The position numbers and the translations under genes are program-made. Shown here in pieces: positions 22,993-35,304 of a stretch of DNA of 64,000 bases. The stretch covers positions 62,001 through 126,000 of the forward strand of contig NGBS01000297.1 of the NCBI GenBank assembly GCA_002245135.1, read 5' to 3'. The first letter of the stretch is position 1. Each line of letters begins with the position of its first letter. The DNA comes from Proteromonas lacertae (Eukaryota). The notes beneath the pieces were generated by a model, which saw only the letters and a program-made list of their open reading frames with translations, searched no databases and had not been told where the DNA came from.

Positions 22993-25900
22993 ATGTATTG
23001 CTTATTAATTTTTATAAATCCTAGGAGTTCACGGAGAGGTCGTGGAGCGCCTACTACAGGAACGGCTAGAGCAGTGCTGAGAAAATCGCAAAATTCACTA
23101 AAAAAGCCTCTTTCAAGAAATGTATTACAATATCATATTTATTATTTTCTTAGTCAAGCTTTGCAAAACATCATGCATCCCTACGTGAACCTGTTGTTCT
23201 GCCAAATCCTAATTTGCCTGAATTCCTAGTTCAATTTCAAGCCGTACAACAGAAATTGGAAAATTTTGATATAATTGAAGATAATGTTAATAGTATTATG
23301 AATAGAGAGGGAGAATTGTCCATGCATGATCAATTGAAGCAAGTAATGCAATTATATTTAACATATTATGGTAAAACAATAACTGAATTTACAGGTGCCA
23401 TGAGTTCTTACCTTGCCACACTAAACCAGAAGGTAATTCAAGTCTCATCAAAGAACATGTCGATTATTAGATGAAGTTCAAAATACTAAAGGCAATATAT
23501 TAGTCTACTTACGTGTCCGTCCACCTTTAGAAACATTTGATGAAGTTCCAGAGCAATTAATTATCAAGAATTATGATGAAGTTAGTATGAGTATATGTGA
23601 TTCAAAATCAGGTTCAATGAAAGCGTATGAATTTGATAGATGTTTTGAACCAGCAGCAACACAACAACAGATATATGAACAAATGGAATATTTACCTTAT
23701 TCCATCATGCAAGGTTATAATGTTTCAATATTGGCTTATGGTCAAACAGGTTCGGGTAAAACTCATACTATGTTTGGACCAGATGAGAATAAAGGTTTGA
23801 ACTTCCGTTTGACTGATAGATTGTTTGAATTAATATCACACAGTGAGAATATGGTAACTGTATCATTATCAATGGTAGAGATATACAATGAAACTGTTTA
23901 TGATTTATTATCATTAAATGAAGATACAAAGGTTGAATTAAAATCACAAGAAATCTCTGGATTAACTGAACATTCATTAGAAAAGAAAGAAGATATTAAT
24001 TATCTCTACAATCTTGGTATTGAACACCGATCAACAGCAGCAACAGTATCCAATGAAGATAGTAGTAGATCACACTGTATTATCATCATTACAGTAAAAC
24101 AAACAGATAGTGATGACAATAACATAGTAAGTAAACTATATTTAGTGGATTTAGCTGGTAGTGAAAGAGTAGCAAAATCAGGTGTAGAAGGAGATCGTTT
24201 AACTGAAGCAAACCATATTAACAAATCACTCACAGCATTATCAGATGTATTACAAGCTTTAGATAAGAAAGATTCACATATTCCTTATAGAAATAGTAAA
24301 TTGACATTTTTATTACAAGATTCATTAAGTGCTAATTCAAAGACAGTATTATTATGTACTGTATGTCCAACGGCTAAACAATATCCAGAGACAATATCAA
24401 CATTAGATTTTGCAACAAGAGTGAAGAATATTAACTTTCGGTACAGCTAAAAGACATATTGAAGTACAGAATAATAAAATACAAAACCAACAATTACAAT
24501 CTCAAATAAAGGAATATATGAGTAAAGATGAATCTAATAAGAAAAGAATACAAGAATTACAAAACCAATTAAAGAATGCAGAATCAAAGATAACAATAGA
24601 GAATAAGAAAAGAGAAAGTTTGATTAATAATCAAAACAATGAATATCAAAAGAAATATGAAGGAATATTACAATTATATCAGAAGTGTAGAAAAGATGTA
24701 GTTGATTTAAAATCAGAGAAAGATTCATTAGCAATGACTGTTCAGAATCAAGCATTAACTATCACTAGAAATTCTACTAGAGAACAGGAATTAAACCATA
24801 TGATTGAACAGAAAGATGATGAGATAGCTAAATTGAAGGTTAAATTAAAGAATAGAGTTCCAATTAAAGCTGGTAATACTTATGCTGATAAAGATAAAAA
24901 GATTCAAATATTGACTGAAGATTTAGAGAAATGTGAAAGAGAAAGAAAAGCATTAAGAACTGAATTAAGTGGCCTTAAAAACTCATATAAAGAAACATCT
25001 CAGAATCAAACAAGAGTAAGAAAAGAATTAGAAAGAGCAAAAAAAGAAATAGAAAGTTTAGAAGAAGAATTAGCGAAGTTAAAGAAGAGAAAAATCACAC
25101 CAAGAACTGATAGTTCAGATGAGATAGTAGAAACTATACCAAAGAGAATAACAACAGCAAAATCTAAACCAATAGTGAAAAGTAGAATAAAGAGTAGTAA
25201 AATTACGACTAAATCATCAACATTGAGTAAAACAAATACTATTAAAGTCACCTTCTGAGAAATTGAAAAGAACGAATAGATCCAAGAAGGAATTTACACC
25301 AGGAAGAACCAAAATACCTGAAATACCAATTGAGCCATTCCATCCAAAGAAAATGACTCAAGTTCGTAGTAGAATTGATACAGGATTACATAAGAAAAAG
25401 ACATATAAAATAGCCAAAACACCTCCACCACCCATATCTGATGATGATGATGATGATGATGATGAAAATAAAAAGAAAAAGATTAATAGATCGAAATCAG
25501 GACCAGCAACATTAACATCCAACAATACTACTAATGATAATAATGATAAATATAAAAGTCATTTTACTAGTAGATTAGTCAAACCTAAAGATTTGAATCT
25601 ATTTTCAATTGCCAAAACAGCTCAATTAGCAAAAGCAAAGAGAGAAAGAATGCGTAATAATAATAATAATACAAATAAAACACCTAAAGGAATGGCTAAT
25701 TCTAAGATAAAGAAACCTACAATTACATTAGAAAAAGAAATCGAACCAGAAGTTGAAGCAGTTGAGGAAGAAGAAGAAAATGAAGATGAAACAAAGCAAT
25801 TAGAATCATTACACAATGAAGAAACATCCCCACAATTAGAAGACAATAATAATGATACTCAATTGACATTAGAAGATGAAGAACAAGAGAAAATCTCACC

Positions 25901-26857
25901 AATTCCAAAGAGTTCAATATCTCCACCAGGTATGAATACAAGTATTAAAACTCCAACACCAATCAAATCATCTAATTCATTAATACAAAGTCAAAAGAAG
26001 AGTGAATTAAGAACACCTATCAATATAACAGAATTATTGAATAAAAGTAAAGCATCATCCTCTTATTATCCAACAAGTGAGAATCTTAGTATGAATTATG
26101 ATAATTTAGATGAACCAATTAATCTAAATACATCACATACATATAATGGTAATTCAGTACAAATACCTAATGGTAGTAAAATACAACCACCTTCAGCATC
26201 ATCAAGAAGAGGTAATAATACTATAGCTAATTCAGTAAAAGTACAACAATCTCAGAAACAACCACAACAACAACAGAAACAAGAAGAAGAAGAAGAAGAG
26301 GAGGAAATAGATGATGATATTCAAGAAGCTCATATAGATGAAGAAGAAGAACAACCACAACAACCACAAGTGGAAGAATCAAAACCACTAGAAGAAGAAG
26401 AATTTCCCGTAGAAGAACCTGTAGAAGAACCTGTAGAAGAACCTGTAGAAGAACCAGTTGAGGAAAATATTCCTGTAGAAGAACCAGCTGAAGAACAACC
26501 TGTAGAGGAACAACCAGTTGAAGAAGAAGTTCCTGTGAAACTCCTGTTGAAGAAGAGGCACCAGTTGAAGAACCAGTAGATGAACAACCAGCTGCAGAAG
26601 GAACAGATGAATCTGGAGCAAAAGAAGAAGTAAATGCTGAAGATTTAGACTTAGATTTAGATTTAGATGTAAATAATGAAGAATATAAAGAATCTGAAGA
26701 TTTGGATCTAGATTTAGATTTAGATGTTGGTGATGCAAATGAAGAAGATCTTAATGACATTGACTTGGATGATATAAACGTAGATGATGTTGATATGGGT
26801 GATTTAAATGATGTAGATTTAGATGATTTGGATTTAGGAGATGCAGACGAAATTTAA
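22993..26857 (+). CDS. Kinesin-14-type motor paralogue with long coiled-coil/basic/acidic tail
   Basis: Neck LLDEVQNTKGNILVYLRVRP, GQTGSGKT, NEDSSRSH and LVDLAGSER. Introns 22995-23024 and 23132-23163; apparent frameshifts near 23460, 24437, 25245 and 26536; ends DLGDADEI-TAA. Confidence 0.85.
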
Positions 26858-26969
26858 TTTCAATATTTCTTTATATATTAAAGTTGTGTTTTTTAATTGG
26901 AAAATGAAATTTTTATTCATTTTTAAAATAGATTCGTTTCAACCAAAATATTTAACTAAAAGATTCGAC

Positions 26970-28527
26970 ATGAATAAGGAGGAGTTGAAGAAGACAAAAA
27001 CAAAACATATGTCTATTCCGCATTATATGACTGCCACAGCTAAAAAGACAAATACTGTGGGAGTTATCAAGATTGCTTCAATAGATTACAAAGATAATAA
27101 ATCAAAACCACCACTTCCTTCACCTTCAAAACCATCACCTTCTAAATTTACTTTATCAACGCCAAAGACTAATTCTACAGTAAAATCTAGCCGTCCTAGA
27201 CCAAAATCCCTTTGTCTATCATCTACTACACCAATACCAAAACCTAGTACTAAAACTCCGAAAGGAAGCATTAATCCGTACAATATCACTCAATCCACTA
27301 AACATCCAGCAGTTCATGTTACTAGTTTCAAAGATCCTAAACTAAAGAAAGAGCCATTAACTCCATCCACCAAAACTCCTAAAAGTGTAAAAACTCCAAA
27401 AACAAAACATATGTCAATGTCATTTGATGCTGCAGCTTTACAAAAAGCAAGAGAATATGAAGAAAAGTATAGTAAAACAATAGTAGAACCAAGTCCAAAA
27501 TCTAATCAACAACAAAACAATAAAGAACATCATCATCACCATCACCATCATCATCATCATTCCAGTAGCAATAACAGTAATAAAAATAATGACATGAATA
27601 ATTATAATGATAGTAGCTGCAGTAGTAGTAATTCATCTAAACACTATCAACAACATGGACATCATCATCATCATCATCATCGTAGTAATAGTCCTGATTA
27701 TGTCAGTGATGAAACACCTACACCACCTCCTCCAATCGATGATATATTCGAATATTCTTTACCAGCATTTACTATTCCATCAAAAGTACCAAAAATTAAT
27801 CCATCTATATTATCATCATCTTCTTCTGGATCATCTTCTATTACAAGTAGTATTAATAATAATAGTAATAGCAATAATACCCCATCAGAAGGTGAAGTTA
27901 AATATTTCTCAATTCCTTCACTGATTGATACACCTCCAACAATGTTACCTGATGATTTAATGGATGTTCCTACATTACCTCCTCCTCCAAAACATAATAT
28001 GAGTGATAGTTATTATTTACCACCACCAATTGTACATGAACAACCGTAACTGCTAGAACCACAAACACAACAACAACAAGAACAACAACAACCAACTTAT
28101 AAACAATTATCACAACCTCAACAACCACTATTTGTAGATGATGATGATGAAGAAGAAGAATATGAAGAAAAACAACCAATAAAAAGAGAAAAAACTGAAC
28201 GTGAGTTGTATGAAGAGATGAGGAATGAAATATATAATAATAATAATAATAATTAAAAACAGAATAAAATCAAAGAAATCTTCTGAAATAACTGAAGATA
28301 TATCATTTTATGAATGTTATATTCCACAGATTGTTGTTTTGCAAAGATGGTGTAGAGAATTGAAGAAAAGACATCAAGATTTTTATAATGAAATTAATAG
28401 ACAACCATTTGCATTAGATGGAGATCATTTATATGAAGAAAAAAATGAAAAATTGAAAAATGAAACATTTTCACCAAGTGCTGATGATGAATTCTTCTCT
28501 GCATTTAATGAAGGAATTGTATTTTAA
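26970..28527 (+). CDS. Low-complexity Pro/Ser/His-rich protein with N-terminal PHYMTAT motif and C-terminal IQ-like motif
   Basis: ORF from ATG 26970 with poly-His tracts. An in-frame TAA at 28047-28049 is followed by Q/E-rich coding-like sequence. The last exon has IVVLQRWCR and stops at 28527. Confidence 0.55.
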
Positions 28528-28703
28528 TATTCTTTAATCATATAAATATATGTATAATGAAATATTTTTTAATCAATTGAATATGGTTATTGAAAATTTT
28601 TGAACCTATAATATTTATTACAAAACCCCCTTTTTCTTTATATGTAATCCTTATTTAAAATTAAGGGGTGTTAATATTATTTTCTTGTTTTCTTTTAGTA
28701 AAA

Positions 28704-29820
28704 ATGGCAGGTATATAATGATATTTCATACTCATATATATTATGTTGCAATTATATATAACTTAAATTTTATGAATTAATATTTATTTTAATAGAAGCT
28801 CCAACCTTAGAAGAAATACAGAAAAGGTTGCAAGTAACTCGATCAAAATTAAACGAAGTTGGGGAACAATTACGAAATAACATCTTTTCACGTGGTCGTG
28901 GAAAGTATAGGAACAATAGAAGAAATTACTCAGATAAAGACAATAGTCATAATTCATCCTATAGTCCTTTCAATAGAAACAGATCTACACACAATTCAAA
29001 AGTAAATGATGGTGATTCAAAAAATGAAGATGATGACTTAGCAATAACTCCAACCAAAAGAGTCGCACCAGTCCTATCACCAGCTGAGTCTCAAAGAAAC
29101 AAAAGACTTCTATCTTCAGTATTAGGACATTTAGAAAGAGCACAAAAGAATCTTAAAAAAGATGAAAAATCAATTCATCAACAAATAGAAAGACAAAATG
29201 AAGTTTATAATAAAACAGTCCAAGAACAAGAAGAATTCAAAAGTGAATATATTATTAAAGAAAGGAAGAAATATGATGAGATTCAGAGAGCTAGAATTGA
29301 TAATTTATATGAAAATGATAAAGCTCAAACAGAGTTACTTTGTTATAAATTAAAACAGAATTATCATAAAATGTCTAATTATTTACAGACTAAAACACTA
29401 CCAATGATATTCTATAAACCTGTTAAACCTTTAGAAAGTGAAGATGAAATGAAAGAAATGACAAATGAATGGGTTAAAACTAAAATAACTGTATATTATA
29501 TTTTTTGTATTTTATTTTCATAGAAAATTGATGAATTGCGTATAGAAATGTTAGATAATGTAGAACAATCACACGTATTATTATTTATGTTTTATGATCA
29601 ATAGAAAGAGAAATTAGAGAAATTAGAAGAAAAGATAAAAGAAAGACAAGAAAAACTAGAATCAAAATTAGAAACGATAAAGAAAGAGGGTGAATCAGAA
29701 AATAATGAAATAAAAGCAAGTGATATTGCTTCTCCTGTTGATAGTGAAGATGAAGAAGGTGAGATTGAGGAAATTGAAGAACATATTGAAGGAGGTCCTG
29801 ATGGAGATGAAGCTATTTAA
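28704..29820 (+). CDS. PNN: Pinin/SDK/MemA family splicing-associated protein
   Basis: QRNKRLLSSVLGHLERAQ and YLQTKTLPMIFYKP motifs in a coiled-coil context; three introns. Confidence 0.75.
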
Positions 29821-29905
29821 TTTATTTTTGTCATAAATTGATTTATTTTTGAGAAATTATATTTTATCCAATCAAAATTGAACAATTAAATAATAAAAAT
29901 ATGAT

Positions 29906-30255
29906 TTAACCCATAAAATTAATAGCAACTAAGAAGAGAAGCAACATACAGAAAGTATAACCACCAAATGCAGCTTTATCGTTGGGTTCATTTGATGAAA
30001 CAGTCATTCTTAATGATACTATTAATATTATTGGAATTATGATATACCTGTTAAAACGAAACTGCCTACACATGAGAAAAATCCACTTAAAAATGCATTG
30101 AAGGGAAATGTTCCAACAATAGCACAATAAACAAATTGAATTATTCCAACTAACATAATTGCAAGAAGATAGCTATCTATCAATTGTAATCTCTTTGGGG
30201 TGTTTTTGAAGTAATCTTTCACCAAACCACCAACTATTTCGCTGAATGAATGCAT
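29906..30255 (-). CDS. DAD1: Oligosaccharyltransferase subunit DAD1/OST2
   Basis: TPKRLQLIDSYL...VGTFPFNAFLSGFFSCVGSFVLT/VSLR...LVAINFMG; one intron. Confidence 0.92.
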
Positions 30256-30386
30256 AGTACTATAAATTGTATAGAATAATAGAATAGATATTTTAGAATG
30301 ATAAAACAATGCAAATATAATTAGTTATATACTTTTAAAAAATGAAAGAAAATTAAAGCCTCAGCTAAACAGACATTTTTTATATA

Positions 30387-31535
30387 ATGGTAGGCTCAGC
30401 AATTAGATGCATTATTCTAACTCCTGAAGGGAATACAGAGAAAAATACTATCGATATAACAGATAAAGAAACGATTAAAGAAATATTGGGAGATGAAGCA
30501 AAGTATTTGGGTTTATTTCCTGATTCTAACATAGTTGGCTTAAAGTATACACATAATTAATTATTTTATAGATCAAAAAACGGAAAGGGAGAGTTAAATA
30601 CACACGAACTACCTTCACCATTAAGTGATAAAGAAATATATGGTTCAATCATCCTATTTTCAATGGAAAATGATGGTAAACCTCATGATTTATCTATTAA
30701 AAGATGGACAAAGTATATATCTTCAATAAAAACAGAAAAAGACGAAGAAAATTCAGAGAATGAAAATGGAAGTGATAATGAAAGTGGTGATGATAAAAAT
30801 AAGTCAGAAGAAGAAGAAAATAATGAAGAAGAAGAAAATGAAGGTGGTGCTGAAGTAACAGAAAAAGACAAAACAATTTATGTTGGAAATTTACCATTTT
30901 TAGCAAAAGATGATGAAATGATTGAAATTTTCAAAAAATATGGAAAAATAATCAGTTACAAATTTCCTAAGTATCAAGATAGTGGAAGAATGCTTGGATA
31001 TGGATATATAACTTATAAAAGCAAATCATCAGCAGAAAAAGCAATAGAAGATAATGGCTTATTGATGAAGAAATATGGAAGAGAATTAGTAATAGGAAAA
31101 CCAGTAAGTAAAAGAAAAATAGGAGATATTAATAAAGTAAAACCACGATCCATTTAATTGTAAAACAATATTTGTAAAGAATATTCCATATAAAATTACA
31201 GAAGATGAAATGAAAAAAGCATTCCAGTATTTTTATATATTTTTTTAATTTTCTTATTTATATATAGAGTTTGTGGTAAAATAGAGAAGATTCGTATTCC
31301 AATAAGACCAGAGACTAATACATCTAAAGGATTTGCATATATTGCATTTCATCAAGTTGGTTCAGCTGATATAGCAGTGAAGAAGAATGGTGAGATATTT
31401 ATTGGAGGAAGAGAAGTGTTTATTGATTATGATGATGGTGCTCCGCATGCTGGATTTAAGACTCAAGATGGTAGAAACTATTATAAAGCACATCCCGAAG
31501 ATATTGAGCTGTTGAAGAAGAGGAAGACAAAGTAA
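30387..31535 (+). CDS. Two-RRM RNA-binding protein (nucleolin/NSR1-like) with an extra N-terminal globular domain and acidic linker
   Basis: RNP2 IYVGNL with RNP1 GYGYITY, then IFVKNI with KGFAYIAF. Two introns; apparent +1 error near 31149. Confidence 0.8.
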
Positions 31536-31676
31536 TTCTAATCATTTTTTTCTATTAATATATTTTGTTCGTTTAATATCATATATTGTTTGTATGTGTT
31601 TCTGTGTCATTATATCAAAACAAAAATATAATGCAATAACACTTTAATTTAATCAAATTACGTATAATAAAATAAA

Positions 31677-32669
31677 TCAATGACATTGGAAACTTTCAGC
31701 AATTCTCCAATCAAATAATCTCAAAGTAATGAAATAGTGTGTTATACATCCAGCAAACACACAAAGATGGAATAATTGATGACTGCTGAACCAAATATCA
31801 CATTTACCAGGTAGCCATCTTTCAGGAATTCTGCACATATATAAAGCAGCTCCTAATAAGTAGAAAAACGCAACTAAAATAATCCAATAAATCCACAGGT
31901 TTACATTGGGAGATTTTATTCCATATTTTACTAAATCATGAATACCTGGTACAGTTGGTGTAAAACCAAGAATTGTATATAGGATTGTTCTTAATGGTCT
32001 GTATTTTGGAGTTCTATATGATTAATATAACATAGAAGATATATACGATAGTTTGTGAGTTAATGTAGCAGCTAATATTAGGATGGCAGTTAGGACTTCA
32101 AATCCAATATACAAATAACATGGTAAAACATCACAGTACAAAGAATAATATATTATTGGGATAGTAGAACCAACAATCAATACAGAGATACCAATATAAT
32201 CAAACATTCTACCAACTAATTCAGCTTTTTCATTTACACAATAATAGATGTGATATATGGCACTAGATCCCATACAGAAGATTGCAGAAAGCATATATAC
32301 TATCAATGCCCACACTTGGTATTTAAAATAGTTTGGTGTTGGATCATTATTCTTATACAACGATCTGTGTGTAAACACATGAACAAACAAAAAGAGAAAG
32401 GTAATAACACCAATTAAATGAGTCCAGATATTTAGTGTCTCGTTGTGTTTACGAAAGATACTAAAAATGGAATAACAAATGGTATACCTTAATGTTGCTT
32501 CTTTAAAACTGTAACCTGCTCTATATCCTGTTCTTATGAAATCATTATCCTGTAAGTAATCATACATTCCTTTTAGATCATCCCAGTTAACTATAACACC
32601 TTCTTTCTTTTCGGTACTGCTGCTACAACCATTTTCGAGCAACTTTTCATCTGCGTTAGTGTTTTCCAT
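31677..32669 (-). CDS. PAQR / adiponectin-receptor (haemolysin-III) family membrane protein
   Basis: FIRTGYR, HNETLNIWTH, SAIYH, DYIGISVLIVGS, RIPERWLPGKCDIWFSSHQLFH. Confidence 0.92.
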
Positions 32670-32854
32670 GTGTATATAACTTTAATTTTAATTGATGTAC
32701 TTTTGTTGTGCGGATTTTAGAGCAAATCCTGCACTTAACAAAAGATGATGCTATACCTTTATACAACCTTATTTATTCATTATTAATAATATATTCTATA
32801 AACAAACAAAAGTTATAATAAAAATTCCAAAAAATATAAGAATTTGAAATAAAT

Positions 32855-34914
32855 CTACACTGGATAAAGAGGATTAGACGGTGCTTGTACAACATTCACA
32901 CCTGGATTAATTGGTATTGGCTGTTGCTGCATTGGTGGTATTGTTGGCTCATTATAATTAACTACTGGCACATTTCCTGTTGCTGGTGCTATTTAATATA
33001 ATAATCATGTAAATATACGTGGATTTGGGCTTATATTATGCAATTTCATATACTGTAAAAACTGAGATGGTAATTCCTCCAACAAAGCTTTGGTTAATAA
33101 AAATGGTTCTTTATTCAAAAACTCTCTCATTGGTACAAATTGTACTGTATCTAATCTTGCTGGTTTCTGACCATGTTTGACTAACCAGAGGATGTTTATC
33201 ACCATCTAAATATTCCATATTACTAAAATCAGCATTTCCAACACCAACTATTAAGATTGACATTGGTAAACTACTTGATGCAATTATTCTCTCGATTGTT
33301 GCTGGCATATCATTGATAATTCCATCTGTGATTATTAATAAGATTAAATATTTTTGACCTGGTCTGTAAGTTCTTGCAATACTATAAAATAATAATAATA
33401 TATATATATGAAAAAAGAATTAATTAATTATACTTTGAAGCTTGATCAATAATACCAGAGAATAATGTTGGTCCAGATAAACCAACATTCATTAATGAAC
33501 TCTTATAAATATTCAATATTCCTTGAACACCATCTACTTCAGGATTTTGATAGTTGAAATTCAATGCGAAACAATGATTTACTGCTCCATTTACTACACC
33601 ACCAAATCCATAAACTGGAAATTTCTTATCAGTATCATAATATTCTAATACACTTCCTATTGAATAAATTGCTTTTTCATATTGATTCATTTGTCCAGTT
33701 GGGTCAATATAATGTAATGTACCTGGTTGAGCTGGATTTCCATTACTTCCTGTATAATCAATAGCAACCATGAAGTTCAATTCACATCCACCATGAATAT
33801 AATCTAAGAATGTTGGTTTGGCAATGATTGAACATTTATCTATCTTTAGATTTCCAATAATGTTACTTTCTTTATTCTTTAGAGGCATTACTGGTGGATT
33901 ATTGATCATTGAATTTAGACAAGACTATTTGAATAATAAAATAATACATAATTATACTTGACAAACGCCAGATAATGAATGTTGTCCATTTTTACCCCAT
34001 CTCATAATATGAAATAATAATGGTCGGAACTATATCAATATAAATAATAATAATAATAATATATACAGTATCACCATTACATAATGGTTGAATATTAATA
34101 GAAAATGGTTTAAATGATATTACACTTCCCTCTTTTTTAACAACTTCAGTTCTATAACAAGCATCTTCTCCCATTTCACGCATTCTGTTAATTTGAAGGA
34201 AATAATAATGTCCATTATTTAGATTAGAATCACTAATACTGAATTTAAGTTCAACTGTAGCATTTTGATTGGACATTTCTTCTGTTTTGATGGTTATTAA
34301 ACCTCTCTTATTGTCTTTACCTTTTAATAATGGCATAGTCACTTGACCACATGGTGTAGATACGATATTGGCGAATACTACTTCAGTAGAACCTATATAA
34401 TCTTGTTTCGATAAATCTAATTATAATAATTAAGAAATGACTTTTCAATTTATAATATATTAGTAAAAAGATATAGATGCAGCATTAGCAACATATCCAT
34501 CAGCATCAAATACGTCGAATTTTAAGATCTGTTGTTCTTCAAAACGATAAACATATGGGAAATGGTGAGTAAATTGAGGACTAAACGATTAATTGATATT
34601 CATACTTTGAATTATCTATCAATACTTCTGTTCTGCCTATTTCTACCCATCCTTTCGCTCCTTTCTCATAAAATACCACAAACGGGTCAGATTTTGAATT
34701 CTTATCCAGCGCAACTAAATTAGCACATGCTAGTGTTATCTATGCGGATAATATTATAGATATATACCTCAACTCTAGAAGAGAGAGCATTAGAAGTATA
34801 TAAAAGCTTTGCTGCTTCTTCAACGTTTTCATCGGCCTGGGGTGCTTGTTGAACATTAGTTTCAGCTGTTGAAGGTAAATCGACTGTTTCTGGATGGCTT
34901 TCGCTACAACCCAT
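32855..34914 (-). CDS. Copine (two C2 domains + vWA) with N-terminal MGC acylation motif
   Basis: [64 protein letters not shown] and DTVQFVP; multiple introns. Confidence 0.92.
34415..34474 (-). other. Candidate U12-type intron with non-canonical ends (AT-AA or AT-AT) in copine
   Basis: 5' ATATCTTTT at 34474, branch-like TTTCTTAAT at 34437-34429 and an in-frame stop if unspliced. No frame-preserving GT-AG pair was found. Confidence 0.55.
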
Positions 34915-35304
34915 TTTTCTCACAAATATTGTTTTGATAGTGTTTATGAGCAGATTAGTGTATTTATAAAAGTATATTGGGGTATACAAAATTATTCTAA
35001 GGTTGACATAATTGTGTTCCTAAAGTAATTCATTAAAAATGAGTGAATTATATACTCATTTTGATAAAACTCTTTTAATATATATATTTGTTTGTTTCAT
35101 AATGATTAATGGTATATATACATTATATCGGAGATAATTCAAAAAATCAACCTCAAAATTCACATCAAAACATATCAATAAGTAAAGAATATATTATAGT
35201 ACAACTGTTATGATTTGTTAATAAAGTCAAAATAAATATTATTCTAAACAATTGTATAAATTACTATAATTATAACATACCAGATTGATTTAATATCTGT
35301 TAAA

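Noticed and set aside
28624..28670. CCCCTT...AAGGGG inverted repeat upstream of pinin
   Set aside because: Only ~6-7 bp of stem with a long AT-rich loop, too weak to call.
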